A stretch of DNA of 64,000 nucleotides from an uncultured Rhodospirillaceae bacterium (GTDB taxonomy: Bacteria > Pseudomonadota > Alphaproteobacteria > Micavibrionales > UBA2020), in NCBI GenBank assembly GCA_964476835.1, contig CAYZCE010000008.1:512-64511 (forward strand), read 5' to 3'. Shown in pieces: positions 38,099 to 45,877 of this stretch; the first letter of the stretch is position 1, and each line of letters opens with the position of its first letter. The notes under the pieces are model-generated. The model searched no databases and was not told the origin of the DNA. It saw nothing but the letters and a program-made list of their open reading frames with translations. Made by a program: the position numbers and the translations under genes.

Positions 38099-38769
38099 AC
38101 CTTTCCCCCCTCGCGCAACAGCAGCCGGAAGAGACCGACATCAGCCTCTTCATGACCGCCGTCATCGATGGCGACGCGGTGCGCATCAAGGGTTTCCTCG
38201 AGCGTTTCTTCGGCCTCGCCAATACGGCGAATCCCGAGAACGGCATCACGGCCCTGTGCTATGCCGCCGGCGACGGGCGCGACGACATCGTGGAAATCCT
38301 GCTGGAAGCGGGGGCCGATGTCGACCTGCCGTCGTTCGGCGTGCTCGCGGGTGATACGCCGTGGGCGGACGGCGCCACGCCGCTCATGAAGGCGGTGGAA
38401 TTCGGCCGCGTGAGCACGGCGATCCTGCTGTTCGGCGCCGGCGCGAAGGTCGACCGCCAGAGCCGCAGCGGCTACACCGCGCTGATGGTGTCGGTCGAGC
38501 GTTTCAATCCCGAGATGAGCGCCCTTGTGCTCTCCTACAAGCCCAACACGGCGTTGACCAACAATAAGGGCCATTCCGCGCTTGATCTTGCGCGCATTGC
38601 GGCGGAAGCCCGCCTCCAATTCGCGGCGCAGCTCGGCGGCGATATCGGGCGCGTGGAAAAAGAGCGCGCCGCCGAAGGGGTCAGCGATATCTCCCTCGGC
38701 AAGCTGCGGGTAAAATCCATCAAGCCGGGCAGCGTGTTCGGCAAGAAGAACAAGCCGCCCAAGCTGTAA
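38095..38769 (+). CDS. ankyrin repeat protein 3 (224 aa)
   Basis: ATGA overlap with the preceding gene. ANK repeats (NGITALCYAAGDGRDDIVEILLEAGADVD, DGATPLMKAVEFG, SGYTALMVSV, KGHSALDLA). The tail is SVFGKKNKPPKL. Confidence 0.88.
   Translation: MNLSPLAQQQPEETDISLFMTAVIDGDAVRIKGFLERFFGLANTANPENGITALCYAAGDGRDDIVEILLEAGADVDLPSFGVLAGDTPWADGATPLMKAVEFGRVSTAILLFGAGAKVDRQSRSGYTALMVSVERFNPEMSALVLSYKPNTALTNNKGHSALDLARIAAEARLQFAAQLGGDIGRVEKERAAEGVSDISLGKLRVKSIKPGSVFGKKNKPPKL
38729..38764 (+). repeat. 36-nt exact direct repeat, copy 2 (3' end of ankyrin gene 3)
   Basis: Identical to 38058-38093. The flanking sequence on both sides differs. Confidence 0.95.
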
Positions 38770-38787
38770 TATCCAAGGAAGGAACAT

Positions 38788-39807
38788 ATGACTATGACCA
38801 TTTCCAAGCTCCCGCAAAAACCGGCTTCCGCGACGGCCAATGCCGACCTCGCCATCGCCACGCGCGTGCTGCAGACCGAGGCGGCGGCGCTGCTGAAGCT
38901 GTCGCAGTTCATCGACAACAGCTTCCTGCAGGCGGTCGAGATGATCGAGGCCGCCGAAGGCCGCGTCATCGTCACCGGCATGGGCAAGAGCGGCCATATC
39001 GCGCGCAAGATGGCCTCGACCTTCGCGTCCACCGGCACGCCCGCCTTCTTCGTGCACCCGGCCGAGACCAGCCACGGCGACCTCGGCATGATCGTGCGCG
39101 GCGACATCGTGCTGGCGATCTCCAACTCGGGCGAAGCCAAGGAGCTCAACGACCTCATCGAATACACGCGCCGTTCCGCCATCCCGCTGATCGGCGTCAC
39201 CAGCCGCGCGCAATCGACGCTGGCCACCCGCGCTGACATCACGCTGCTGCTGCCCGATTGCCCGGAAGCCTGCCCGAACGGCCTTGCGCCGACCACCTCG
39301 ACCACGCTGGCATTGGCGCTGGGCGATGCGCTGGCGGTCACGCTGCTCGAGAAGAAGGGCTTCACGGCCAAGGATTTCAAGGTCTATCACCCGGGCGGCA
39401 AGCTCGGCCAGCAACTGACCAAGGTGGCCGAGATCATGCACGGCGGCCAGAACCTGCCGGTGGCGCCTGAAACGATTTCCGTGTCGGAAGCGGTGCAGAT
39501 CATCACCGACAAGGGTTTCGGCTGCGTATGCCTGACCGACGCGATGGGCCGCCTGACCGGCATCGTCACCGACGGCGACCTGCGCCGCAAGCTCTCCGAC
39601 GACCTGCTGCGCAAGTCCGCGCATGAAGTCATGACGCGCGACCCGCGCGCCGTGTCGCCGGACACGCTCGTGGCCGAAGCGATGGCGATCATGAACGATA
39701 TCAAGGGGTCGTTCCGCAAGATCACCGTGCTGCCGGTCAAGGACGCGGACGGCAAGCCCGTCGGCCTTCTGCACATCCACGACTGCCTGCGCGCCGGCTT
39801 CGCCTGA
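38788..39807 (+). CDS. kdsD: arabinose-5-phosphate isomerase (KpsF/GutQ/KdsD family; SIS + tandem CBS)
   Basis: GRVIVTGMGKSGHIARKMASTFASTGTPAFFVHPAE..HGDLGM (SIS domain), then two CBS modules. RBS AAGGAAGGA upstream. Confidence 0.93.
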   Translation: MTMTISKLPQKPASATANADLAIATRVLQTEAAALLKLSQFIDNSFLQAVEMIEAAEGRVIVTGMGKSGHIARKMASTFASTGTPAFFVHPAETSHGDLGMIVRGDIVLAISNSGEAKELNDLIEYTRRSAIPLIGVTSRAQSTLATRADITLLLPDCPEACPNGLAPTTSTTLALALGDALAVTLLEKKGFTAKDFKVYHPGGKLGQQLTKVAEIMHGGQNLPVAPETISVSEAVQIITDKGFGCVCLTDAMGRLTGIVTDGDLRRKLSDDLLRKSAHEVMTRDPRAVSPDTLVAEAMAIMNDIKGSFRKITVLPVKDADGKPVGLLHIHDCLRAGFA

Positions 39808-39818
39808 TCGGCCGTACG

Positions 39819-40457
39819 ATGACCGATCACCGCCGTTTTGACGCCTATGTGCCGCGCCGGTTAAGCGCGTTCGGGCGCGGCTATTCGGTTTTCGTCCGCG
39901 TGCTGAAATACGTGCTGCCGCTGGTGGCGCTGGTCATCATAGGCATCCTGTTTGCGCGGCTTTCCGGCGAGCATGCGCAGAACGCTTCGACAATGGCGCA
40001 AGGCGAAAAGACCACGCCCGGCCAGATCGAGCTGGTCGGCGCGAAGTACGAAGGCGTCGACGACCAAGGCCACCCTTATACGGTCACCGCCGACCGCGCC
40101 GTGCGCGACATGAGCAATGCCGAGAGCATGCGCTTCGAGAACCCGGTCGCCGACATCACGCTCACCGACGGCACGTGGCTGGCGGTCAAGAGCCGCTCCG
40201 GCTTTTTCGACCGCACCAATGAGACGCTGCAGCTCGACGGCGGCGTCACGGTCTTTCATGACGGCGGCTATGAAATGACGCTCGAGGACATTAACATCAA
40301 TTTGCGCGACCGCACGGCATCGAGCGAAAAGCCGGTCTCCGCGCAAGGCCCGCTCGGCACGATCGCCGCACAGAACATGACGGTGAGCGACCAGGGCTTT
40401 CTGATCACGTTCGGCGGCCCGGCGGTAATGAAGATTTTCGTGAAGGCGAGGGGATGA
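39819..40457 (+). CDS. lptC: LPS export system protein LptC
   Basis: 212 aa, single N-terminal TM (LKYVLPLVALVIIGILFA) plus a beta-jellyroll-like periplasmic domain. Sits between kdsD and lptA. Confidence 0.8.
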   Translation: MTDHRRFDAYVPRRLSAFGRGYSVFVRVLKYVLPLVALVIIGILFARLSGEHAQNASTMAQGEKTTPGQIELVGAKYEGVDDQGHPYTVTADRAVRDMSNAESMRFENPVADITLTDGTWLAVKSRSGFFDRTNETLQLDGGVTVFHDGGYEMTLEDININLRDRTASSEKPVSAQGPLGTIAAQNMTVSDQGFLITFGGPAVMKIFVKARG

Positions 40458-41227
40458 TGAAGAAGTTTTTGGCGATCGCGCTCATGTTCGTATGTACGTC
40501 CGCTTTTGCGGCCGAACAGGCGCCGGTCGAGATATCCGCCGACAAGTCGCTCGAGTGGAACCGCCGCGACAAGACCTATACCGCGCGCGGCAACGTCGCT
40601 GCCAAGCAGGGCGAAGCTGTCGTCAAAAGCGACCTGCTCGTCGCGCGCTACAACGACGCCAACGGCGGCACAGACATTTCCACCCTGACGGCTACCGGCC
40701 ATGTGACGGTGCAGTCGCCGCCCTATACGGCCTACGGCGACCGTGCCGTCTACGACGTGCCCACCGGCAATGCGACCCTGACGGGCAATAACCTGAAGGC
40801 CGTCAGCACGGAAGACACGCTGACCGCGCGCGACAAGATCGAGTTCGTCGGCAAGGAAGACCGCCTGAATGCTGTCGGCGGCGCCACGGTGACGCATGGC
40901 ACTTACGTGGTGACGGCGGACACGATGAGCGCCTGGTTCATCGCCGACGCCACCGGGAAGAAAACCGCGAAGAAGGTGACGGCGAACGGCCAGGTGACGA
41001 TCAAGACCGCCAACGAGACGGTGGTTGGCGATGAAGGCGTCTATGATTTGACGACCGGAAAAGCCGTATTGACGGGCAAAGTCAAGGCGCATCAGGGCGA
41101 CAGCTGGCTGGAAGGCACGCGCGCCGATGTTGACATGAAGACCGGAATAAGCCAACTTTCAGGAGGCGGCAATGCCGATACCGGCGGCCGCGTGAAGGGT
41201 GTCTTTTATCCCAAGAGCAAGCAGTAA
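40454..41227 (+). CDS. lptA: LPS transport periplasmic protein LptA (OstA-like)
   Basis: Signal MMKKFLAIALMFVCTSAFA-AEQ. OstA_N-type repeats (ISADKSLEWNRRDKTYTARGNV...). ATGA overlap with lptC. Confidence 0.86.
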   Translation: MMKKFLAIALMFVCTSAFAAEQAPVEISADKSLEWNRRDKTYTARGNVAAKQGEAVVKSDLLVARYNDANGGTDISTLTATGHVTVQSPPYTAYGDRAVYDVPTGNATLTGNNLKAVSTEDTLTARDKIEFVGKEDRLNAVGGATVTHGTYVVTADTMSAWFIADATGKKTAKKVTANGQVTIKTANETVVGDEGVYDLTTGKAVLTGKVKAHQGDSWLEGTRADVDMKTGISQLSGGGNADTGGRVKGVFYPKSKQ

Positions 41228-41997
41228 TGACGACTGAGAAAAAACCGATGGAACCGCACCTCGTCTCCTCCAACCCGCAAGGGCTGGTGGTCGACCACCT
41301 GATGAAGCGCTACAAGCGCCGTCCGGTGCTGCGCGACGTGTCGCTGAACGTCAAGCGCGGCGAAGCGGTCGGCCTGCTCGGCCCCAACGGCGCGGGCAAG
41401 ACGACGTGCTTTTATATCGTGACTGGCCTCATCGAGGCGGACAGCGGCACGATCTCGCTCGACGGCCGCGACATCACGCGCCTGCCGATGTACCGCCGCG
41501 CGCGCATGGGCATCAGCTACTTGCCGCAGGAATCCTCGATCTTCCGCGGCCTCAACGTCGAAGACAACATCCGCGCCGTGCTGCAGGTGGTCGAGGAAGA
41601 CCCGCAGCGCCGCGAGCACATGCTGGAAGAGCTGCTGGCCGAATTCTCGATCAGCCACCTGCGCCAGACGCCGTCGGTGGCGTTGTCGGGCGGCGAGCGC
41701 CGCCGCGTGGAAATCGCGCGCGCGCTGGCGACGCATCCGCACTTCATCCTGCTCGACGAGCCGCTGGCCGGCATCGATCCGATCGCGGTCGCCGACATCC
41801 GCGACCTCGTCAAGCATCTCAAGACGCGCAACATCGGCGTGCTCATCACCGACCACAACGTGCGCGATACGCTCGACATCGTCGACCGCGCCTATATCCT
41901 GCACGGCGGCCAGGTGCTGATGGAAGGCAAGCCGGCGGATATCGTCTCGCACAAGGACGTGCGCCGCGTCTATCTCGGCGAGAAGTTCAGTCTGTAA
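41227..41997 (+). CDS. lptB: LPS export ABC transporter ATP-binding protein LptB
   Basis: Walker A GPNGAGKTT, signature LSGGERRRVEIARAL and Walker B FILLDEP. Confidence 0.95.
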   Translation: MTTEKKPMEPHLVSSNPQGLVVDHLMKRYKRRPVLRDVSLNVKRGEAVGLLGPNGAGKTTCFYIVTGLIEADSGTISLDGRDITRLPMYRRARMGISYLPQESSIFRGLNVEDNIRAVLQVVEEDPQRREHMLEELLAEFSISHLRQTPSVALSGGERRRVEIARALATHPHFILLDEPLAGIDPIAVADIRDLVKHLKTRNIGVLITDHNVRDTLDIVDRAYILHGGQVLMEGKPADIVSHKDVRRVYLGEKFSL

Positions 41998-42003
41998 TCG
42001 TTA

Positions 42004-42726
42004 TTATTGCGCGGGCGCTGCGACAGGCGCTTTCGCGGCCGCCGGTTTTGTGGGCAGCTGCTGCTGTTCGGACATCTTGACCGTGATCTGGCGGGCCTTG
42101 TCGGGGTCCATCTGCGCGATGATGGGGGAGCTCTTGCGTTCGCTCATCTTGCCGAGCACCTGCATCAGGACGTCCATGTCGAGCGTGTCGAAGATGCGCG
42201 CGGCTTCCTTCGGCTTCATGCCTTCATAAATCTTCACGAGGCTGTCGATATGCGCGTTTTCGGCAGCCTGCTGCTTGGCGAGCAGGCCTTCGAGGTCGCC
42301 CTTGAGCTTGTTCAGCTCCGCGATCTTGCGGTCGACTTCGCCTTCGGCGGCTTTCATCAACGCTTCGCGCTTGGCGATGCCCTGTTCGCGCGCGTCGAGG
42401 TTGTCGCGGCGCTTGGCGAGGGATTGCAGCACGTCGATCTCGGCGGCGCTATAGGCGCGCTCGCCATTGGTGGGCGGCGGCGGGATGCTGGCGTCGGCAG
42501 GCGCGGGCGCAGGCTTGGTCGCGGCATCCGGCGCAACATCGGGTGCAGGCGCTGCCGCAGCGGCAGGTTTCGCATTCGGGTCGGCGAGCGTGCTTTGCAG
42601 GCCCGTGGCAGGCGCGGCGCTTTCGGCAGCGGAAGGCGTGATGACGGCGGAAACGTCGAGCAGGCGCAAGCCCGCCTCGAGCACGGCGACGACCATCAAT
42701 ATCGTGAAGATGTTGAAACGCTTCAT
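42004..42726 (-). CDS. motE: flagellar motor chaperone MotE-like protein (MgtE_N-like domain)
   Basis: N-terminal TM/signal, Ala/Pro-rich linker and coiled coil. Also KIYEGMKPKEAARIFDTLDMDVLMQVLGKMSERKSSPIIAQMDPDKARQIT (COG3334-type). Confidence 0.78.
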   Translation of the reverse strand: MKRFNIFTILMVVAVLEAGLRLLDVSAVITPSAAESAAPATGLQSTLADPNAKPAAAAAPAPDVAPDAATKPAPAPADASIPPPPTNGERAYSAAEIDVLQSLAKRRDNLDAREQGIAKREALMKAAEGEVDRKIAELNKLKGDLEGLLAKQQAAENAHIDSLVKIYEGMKPKEAARIFDTLDMDVLMQVLGKMSERKSSPIIAQMDPDKARQITVKMSEQQQLPTKPAAAKAPVAAPAQ

Positions 42727-43169
42727 GACTGTGTCTTCGCTTTCATCGCCTCAAGCAATTCCTTCTCGGCGCGGCTGCGCGGCTGCAGGGCGTCGGGCAG
42801 CGGGTCGACGGCGCTTTCGGTCGTGGCCGCCACATGCGCGCGGCGGCCGGATTCGGCCAGCGCCTGCAGGCGGTTGGCGAGGTTGTCGCCGGCCTGGATC
42901 ATGATTTCGAGCTCCTCGGCCATGGCGCGGGCGCGGTTGTTCTTTTCCTGCAGCTGTTCGCCGCTTTGCAGCGCGGCTTCGCGGATGTTCTTGAGCGTGC
43001 CGTCGGCGCGCGCGATGGCGACGTTGAGCGCGGAGATCAGCGTCTCGAAAGCCTTGCGGTCGGCCTGCATCTGGTTGAACTGGCGCGACAGGCGCATGCA
43101 CTGGAAGATCGTGTAGACCAGCGTGCCGAGGATGGCGACGTCGAAGACGAGGTTGAAAATCTGCATCAT
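42723..43169 (-). CDS. flagellar-cluster membrane/coiled-coil protein of unknown function (possibly DUF6468-like)
   Basis: 148 aa with one N-terminal TM (FDVAILGTLVYTIF) then a coiled coil. Translationally coupled to motE (overlap) and 4 nt after fliM. Confidence 0.62.
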   Translation of the reverse strand: MMQIFNLVFDVAILGTLVYTIFQCMRLSRQFNQMQADRKAFETLISALNVAIARADGTLKNIREAALQSGEQLQEKNNRARAMAEELEIMIQAGDNLANRLQALAESGRRAHVAATTESAVDPLPDALQPRSRAEKELLEAMKAKTQS

Positions 43170-43172
43170 GTC

Positions 43173-44198
43173 TTAAATGTCCTCAGGCGGCGGCGGTTCG
43201 ATGTATTCCTCGATGCTGACGGCGACGAGGCCTTTTTTCTGCCCGATCTTGCCCATGAACATCGCGTTTTCGCCGACGCGCATCTCGATCAGCTCGTCGG
43301 GGCGCGTGTTGAGCATGACGATGGAGCCAGGTTTCCAGTTGACCATTTCCTCGAGCGGCACGGTGGTCTCGCCGAGGATGGCGGAGAGCTGGATGTCGGT
43401 CTGGTACAATTCGCGCGTCAGGTGGACTTCCCAGATGCTGTCGCGGCCGAACTTTTCGCCCATGAACATCTGCAGCAGCAGTTCGCGGATCGGCTCGAGC
43501 GTCGCGTAGGGCAGCATCACCTCGATGCGGCCGGAGCGGTCGCCCATGTCGATGCGCAGGCGCGCCAGCACGCCGGCGTTGTTACTTTGCGTGATGGTGG
43601 CGAAACGCGGGTTGGTCTCGATGCGGTCGAGATGGAAGCTGACGGGCGACAGCGGGTCGAAGGCCGACGACAGGTCGTTGAGGATCACGTGCACGAGGCG
43701 TTCGATCAGCTTGGTCTCGATCGTCGTGTAAGGACGGCCCTCGACGCGCAACGCGGCGGAACCACGGCGGCCGCCGAGCAGCACGTCGACCAGCGCATAG
43801 ATCAGCGCGCTGTCGACGACAAGCAGGCCGTAGTCGTCCCATTCCTCCGCCTTGAAGATGCTGAGCATCGCGGGCAGGGGGATCGAGTTGAGGTAGTCGC
43901 CGAAGCGCACGGAGGAAATGTGATCGAGCGAAATCTCGACGTTGTCGGAGGTGAGGTTGCGCAAGCTCGTCGACATCAGCCGCACGAGGCGATCGAAGAC
44001 GATGTCGAGCATCGGCAGGCGTTCGTAGTTGACGAGCGCGCTGTTGATCAGCTCCATCAGGCCGGAGCGCGCGCTCTTGTTCGCGTCGCCGTCGAAGCCG
44101 AGCAGGCTGTCGATCTCGCTCTGGTCGAGGATGCGGCCTTCTTCGGCCGGGGCGGCGGCCTGTTCGGCTGCCGGATTTTCCTGCGCGTCCGCCGTCAT
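43173..44198 (-). CDS. fliM: flagellar motor switch protein FliM
   Basis: N-terminal CheY-P binding-type LDQSEIDSLLGFD, the central FliM domain and a C-terminal SpoA/FliN-like region (GSIVMLNTRPDELIEMRVGENAMFMGKIG). Confidence 0.92.
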   Translation of the reverse strand: MTADAQENPAAEQAAAPAEEGRILDQSEIDSLLGFDGDANKSARSGLMELINSALVNYERLPMLDIVFDRLVRLMSTSLRNLTSDNVEISLDHISSVRFGDYLNSIPLPAMLSIFKAEEWDDYGLLVVDSALIYALVDVLLGGRRGSAALRVEGRPYTTIETKLIERLVHVILNDLSSAFDPLSPVSFHLDRIETNPRFATITQSNNAGVLARLRIDMGDRSGRIEVMLPYATLEPIRELLLQMFMGEKFGRDSIWEVHLTRELYQTDIQLSAILGETTVPLEEMVNWKPGSIVMLNTRPDELIEMRVGENAMFMGKIGQKKGLVAVSIEEYIEPPPPEDI

Positions 44199-44794
44199 TG
44201 CATCAATATCTCCTGGAACAGCACGTCGCGCACGCGCACGGTCGGCGCGGAGGCGCGTACGCGGTTGAGCAGCTCGATCTTGAGGCGGTAGATGCCCGAG
44301 GTGCCGCGCAGGTCGTCGACGCGCAGCTCGCGCAGGTACATCTGGAACTGGTCGACCACGCGGGGCAGCAGCTTTTCCATGTTCTTCTTGTCGAGTTCGG
44401 TGTCGAGCTCGATCTTCATCGAGATCTTCAGGAAGCGCGGCTGCTTCGACGGGCTGTTGAGGTTGACGATGATGTCGGGCACGTCGATGAAGCTGACCGG
44501 CTTGCCGTCGTCGGCCGCCGCGCGCTGCGTCTCGCAGGCCTCGAAGTTGGGGTCGCCTTCCTTGACGTTGTCGCAGGAGAGCGGCGCCTTGTCGTGATGC
44601 ATGTAGAAATACCCGCCGCCGCCAAGCGCGATCAGCAAGACGATCGGCACCATCAGGAGGAGCAGCTTCTTGCGCGGGAACTTTCCGCCGGCGGCTTCGC
44701 CACCTTCGGCGGGAGCTGCACCTTCGGCAGGGGCCGCGCCTTCGGCGGCGGCGTCCTTCGCCTCGTCTTCTTTTTTCTTCTTATCGTCGGCCAT
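44195..44794 (-). CDS. fliL: flagellar basal body-associated protein FliL
   Basis: Trimmed to MADDKKKKEDE. One TM (LLLLMVPIVLLIALGGGGYFY). FliL core FIDVPDIIVNLNSPSKQPRFLKISMKIEL. Its stop overlaps the fliM start. Confidence 0.88.
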   Translation of the reverse strand: MADDKKKKEDEAKDAAAEGAAPAEGAAPAEGGEAAGGKFPRKKLLLLMVPIVLLIALGGGGYFYMHHDKAPLSCDNVKEGDPNFEACETQRAAADDGKPVSFIDVPDIIVNLNSPSKQPRFLKISMKIELDTELDKKNMEKLLPRVVDQFQMYLRELRVDDLRGTSGIYRLKIELLNRVRASAPTVRVRDVLFQEILMQ

Positions 44795-44859
44795 CTTACC
44801 CTGCTTATGGCAACAATGCGCGCGCACGTGAACGCCGCATCCAAACTCCTTATAAACCC

Positions 44860-44875
44860 TGCATATATCGTGCCA
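44860..44875 (-). promoter_or_regulatory. sigma54 (-24/-12) promoter candidate for fliL-fliM-x-motE
   Basis: The minus strand reads TGGCACGATATATGCA. This matches TGGCACG-N4-TTGCA at GG/GC with exact spacing and one mismatch. It lies about 65 nt upstream of the fliL ATG. Confidence 0.65.
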
Positions 44876-45033
44876 TGCTTTGGCAGCGCTGTCATTGGAT
44901 TTCTGGACGCCCGCGCGTGCTTGGCAAAATGTGCCCCGGCGATCTTCGCGCCTCTTTCTTGGTTTTGTCACCTTCTGTCAAACACGCCCAGAATACACAA
45001 ATTATCCAATTGTTTTTATTGAAGAAAATAAGT

Positions 45034-45049
45034 TGGCACGTTTTCTGCA
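45034..45049 (+). promoter_or_regulatory. sigma54 (-24/-12) promoter candidate for flgF-flgG-flgA-flgH
   Basis: TGGCACGTTTTCTGCA matches TGGCACG-N4-TTGCA with one mismatch and correct GG-N10-GC spacing. It lies about 87 nt upstream of the flgF ATG in an AT-rich spacer. Confidence 0.7.
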
Positions 45050-45135
45050 TTGTTGTCTTGCGGGTAAACGGCGCGTGCAGTTTGTCGGCCTTAATGAACG
45101 GACGGCGCGCCAGATAGAACAGAGTGGGTGGCTCG

Positions 45136-45861
45136 ATGGAAAACCTTTCATACATTGCCTTGTCGCGGCAGATGGCCTTGCAGAAGCTGCTCGACGTCAC
45201 CGCCAACAACATGGCGAACATGAGCACGCCGGGCTTCAAGGCGCAGAACGTCCTCTTCGAAGAATACATGAACAAGACCGGCACCAGCGGCAAGATCGGC
45301 CAGGTGCGCGATGCCGGCGGCTACCGCGACGTGGCCCAAGGCACGCTGTCGCGCACCGGCAACAAGCTCGACGTCGCGCTGCAGGGCGAAGGCTACTTCG
45401 CGGTGCAGACGCCTGACGGCAGCATCAAGTACACCCGCGACGGCTCCTTCAGCCTCAACAACAAGGGCGAGATCGTCACGCAGAACGGCAGCACGGTCGA
45501 AAGCGAAAACGGCGGCCCGTTGACCATTCCGCAGGGCGCGACCGACATCATGATTTCCGACAACGGCTCGGTCAGCACCAACCTCGGCGTCGCGGGCAAG
45601 CTGAAGGTCACGAGCTTCGCCAACGAAAAGGCGCTGATCAACACCGGCAACAACCTCTACGACTCCCACCTGACGGTCGAAAAGCCCGTCGAAGGCACGC
45701 TGGTCGAGCAAGGCATGCTGGAAACCTCCAACGTCTCGCCGGTCATGGAAATGAATAAGATGATCGATATCCTGCGCATGTACCAGGCGACGCAGAACAT
45801 GCTGAATACGGACCACGACATGTCGATGACGATGATCGACAAACTCACCAAGACTTCATAA
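45136..45861 (+). CDS. flgF: flagellar basal-body rod protein FlgF
   Basis: MENLSYIALSRQMALQKLLDVTANNMANMSTPGFK N-terminal rod motif and C-terminal LEQGMLETSNVSPVMEMNKMIDILRMYQA. Confidence 0.9.
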   Translation: MENLSYIALSRQMALQKLLDVTANNMANMSTPGFKAQNVLFEEYMNKTGTSGKIGQVRDAGGYRDVAQGTLSRTGNKLDVALQGEGYFAVQTPDGSIKYTRDGSFSLNNKGEIVTQNGSTVESENGGPLTIPQGATDIMISDNGSVSTNLGVAGKLKVTSFANEKALINTGNNLYDSHLTVEKPVEGTLVEQGMLETSNVSPVMEMNKMIDILRMYQATQNMLNTDHDMSMTMIDKLTKTS

Positions 45862-45877
45862 GCAAGGAGATACGCAC

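Noticed and set aside
37963-39780. 605-aa minus-strand ORF antisense to ankyrin gene 3 and kdsD
   Set aside because: Antisense shadow ORF. The plus strand contains clear ANK repeats and the SIS/CBS domains of KdsD.
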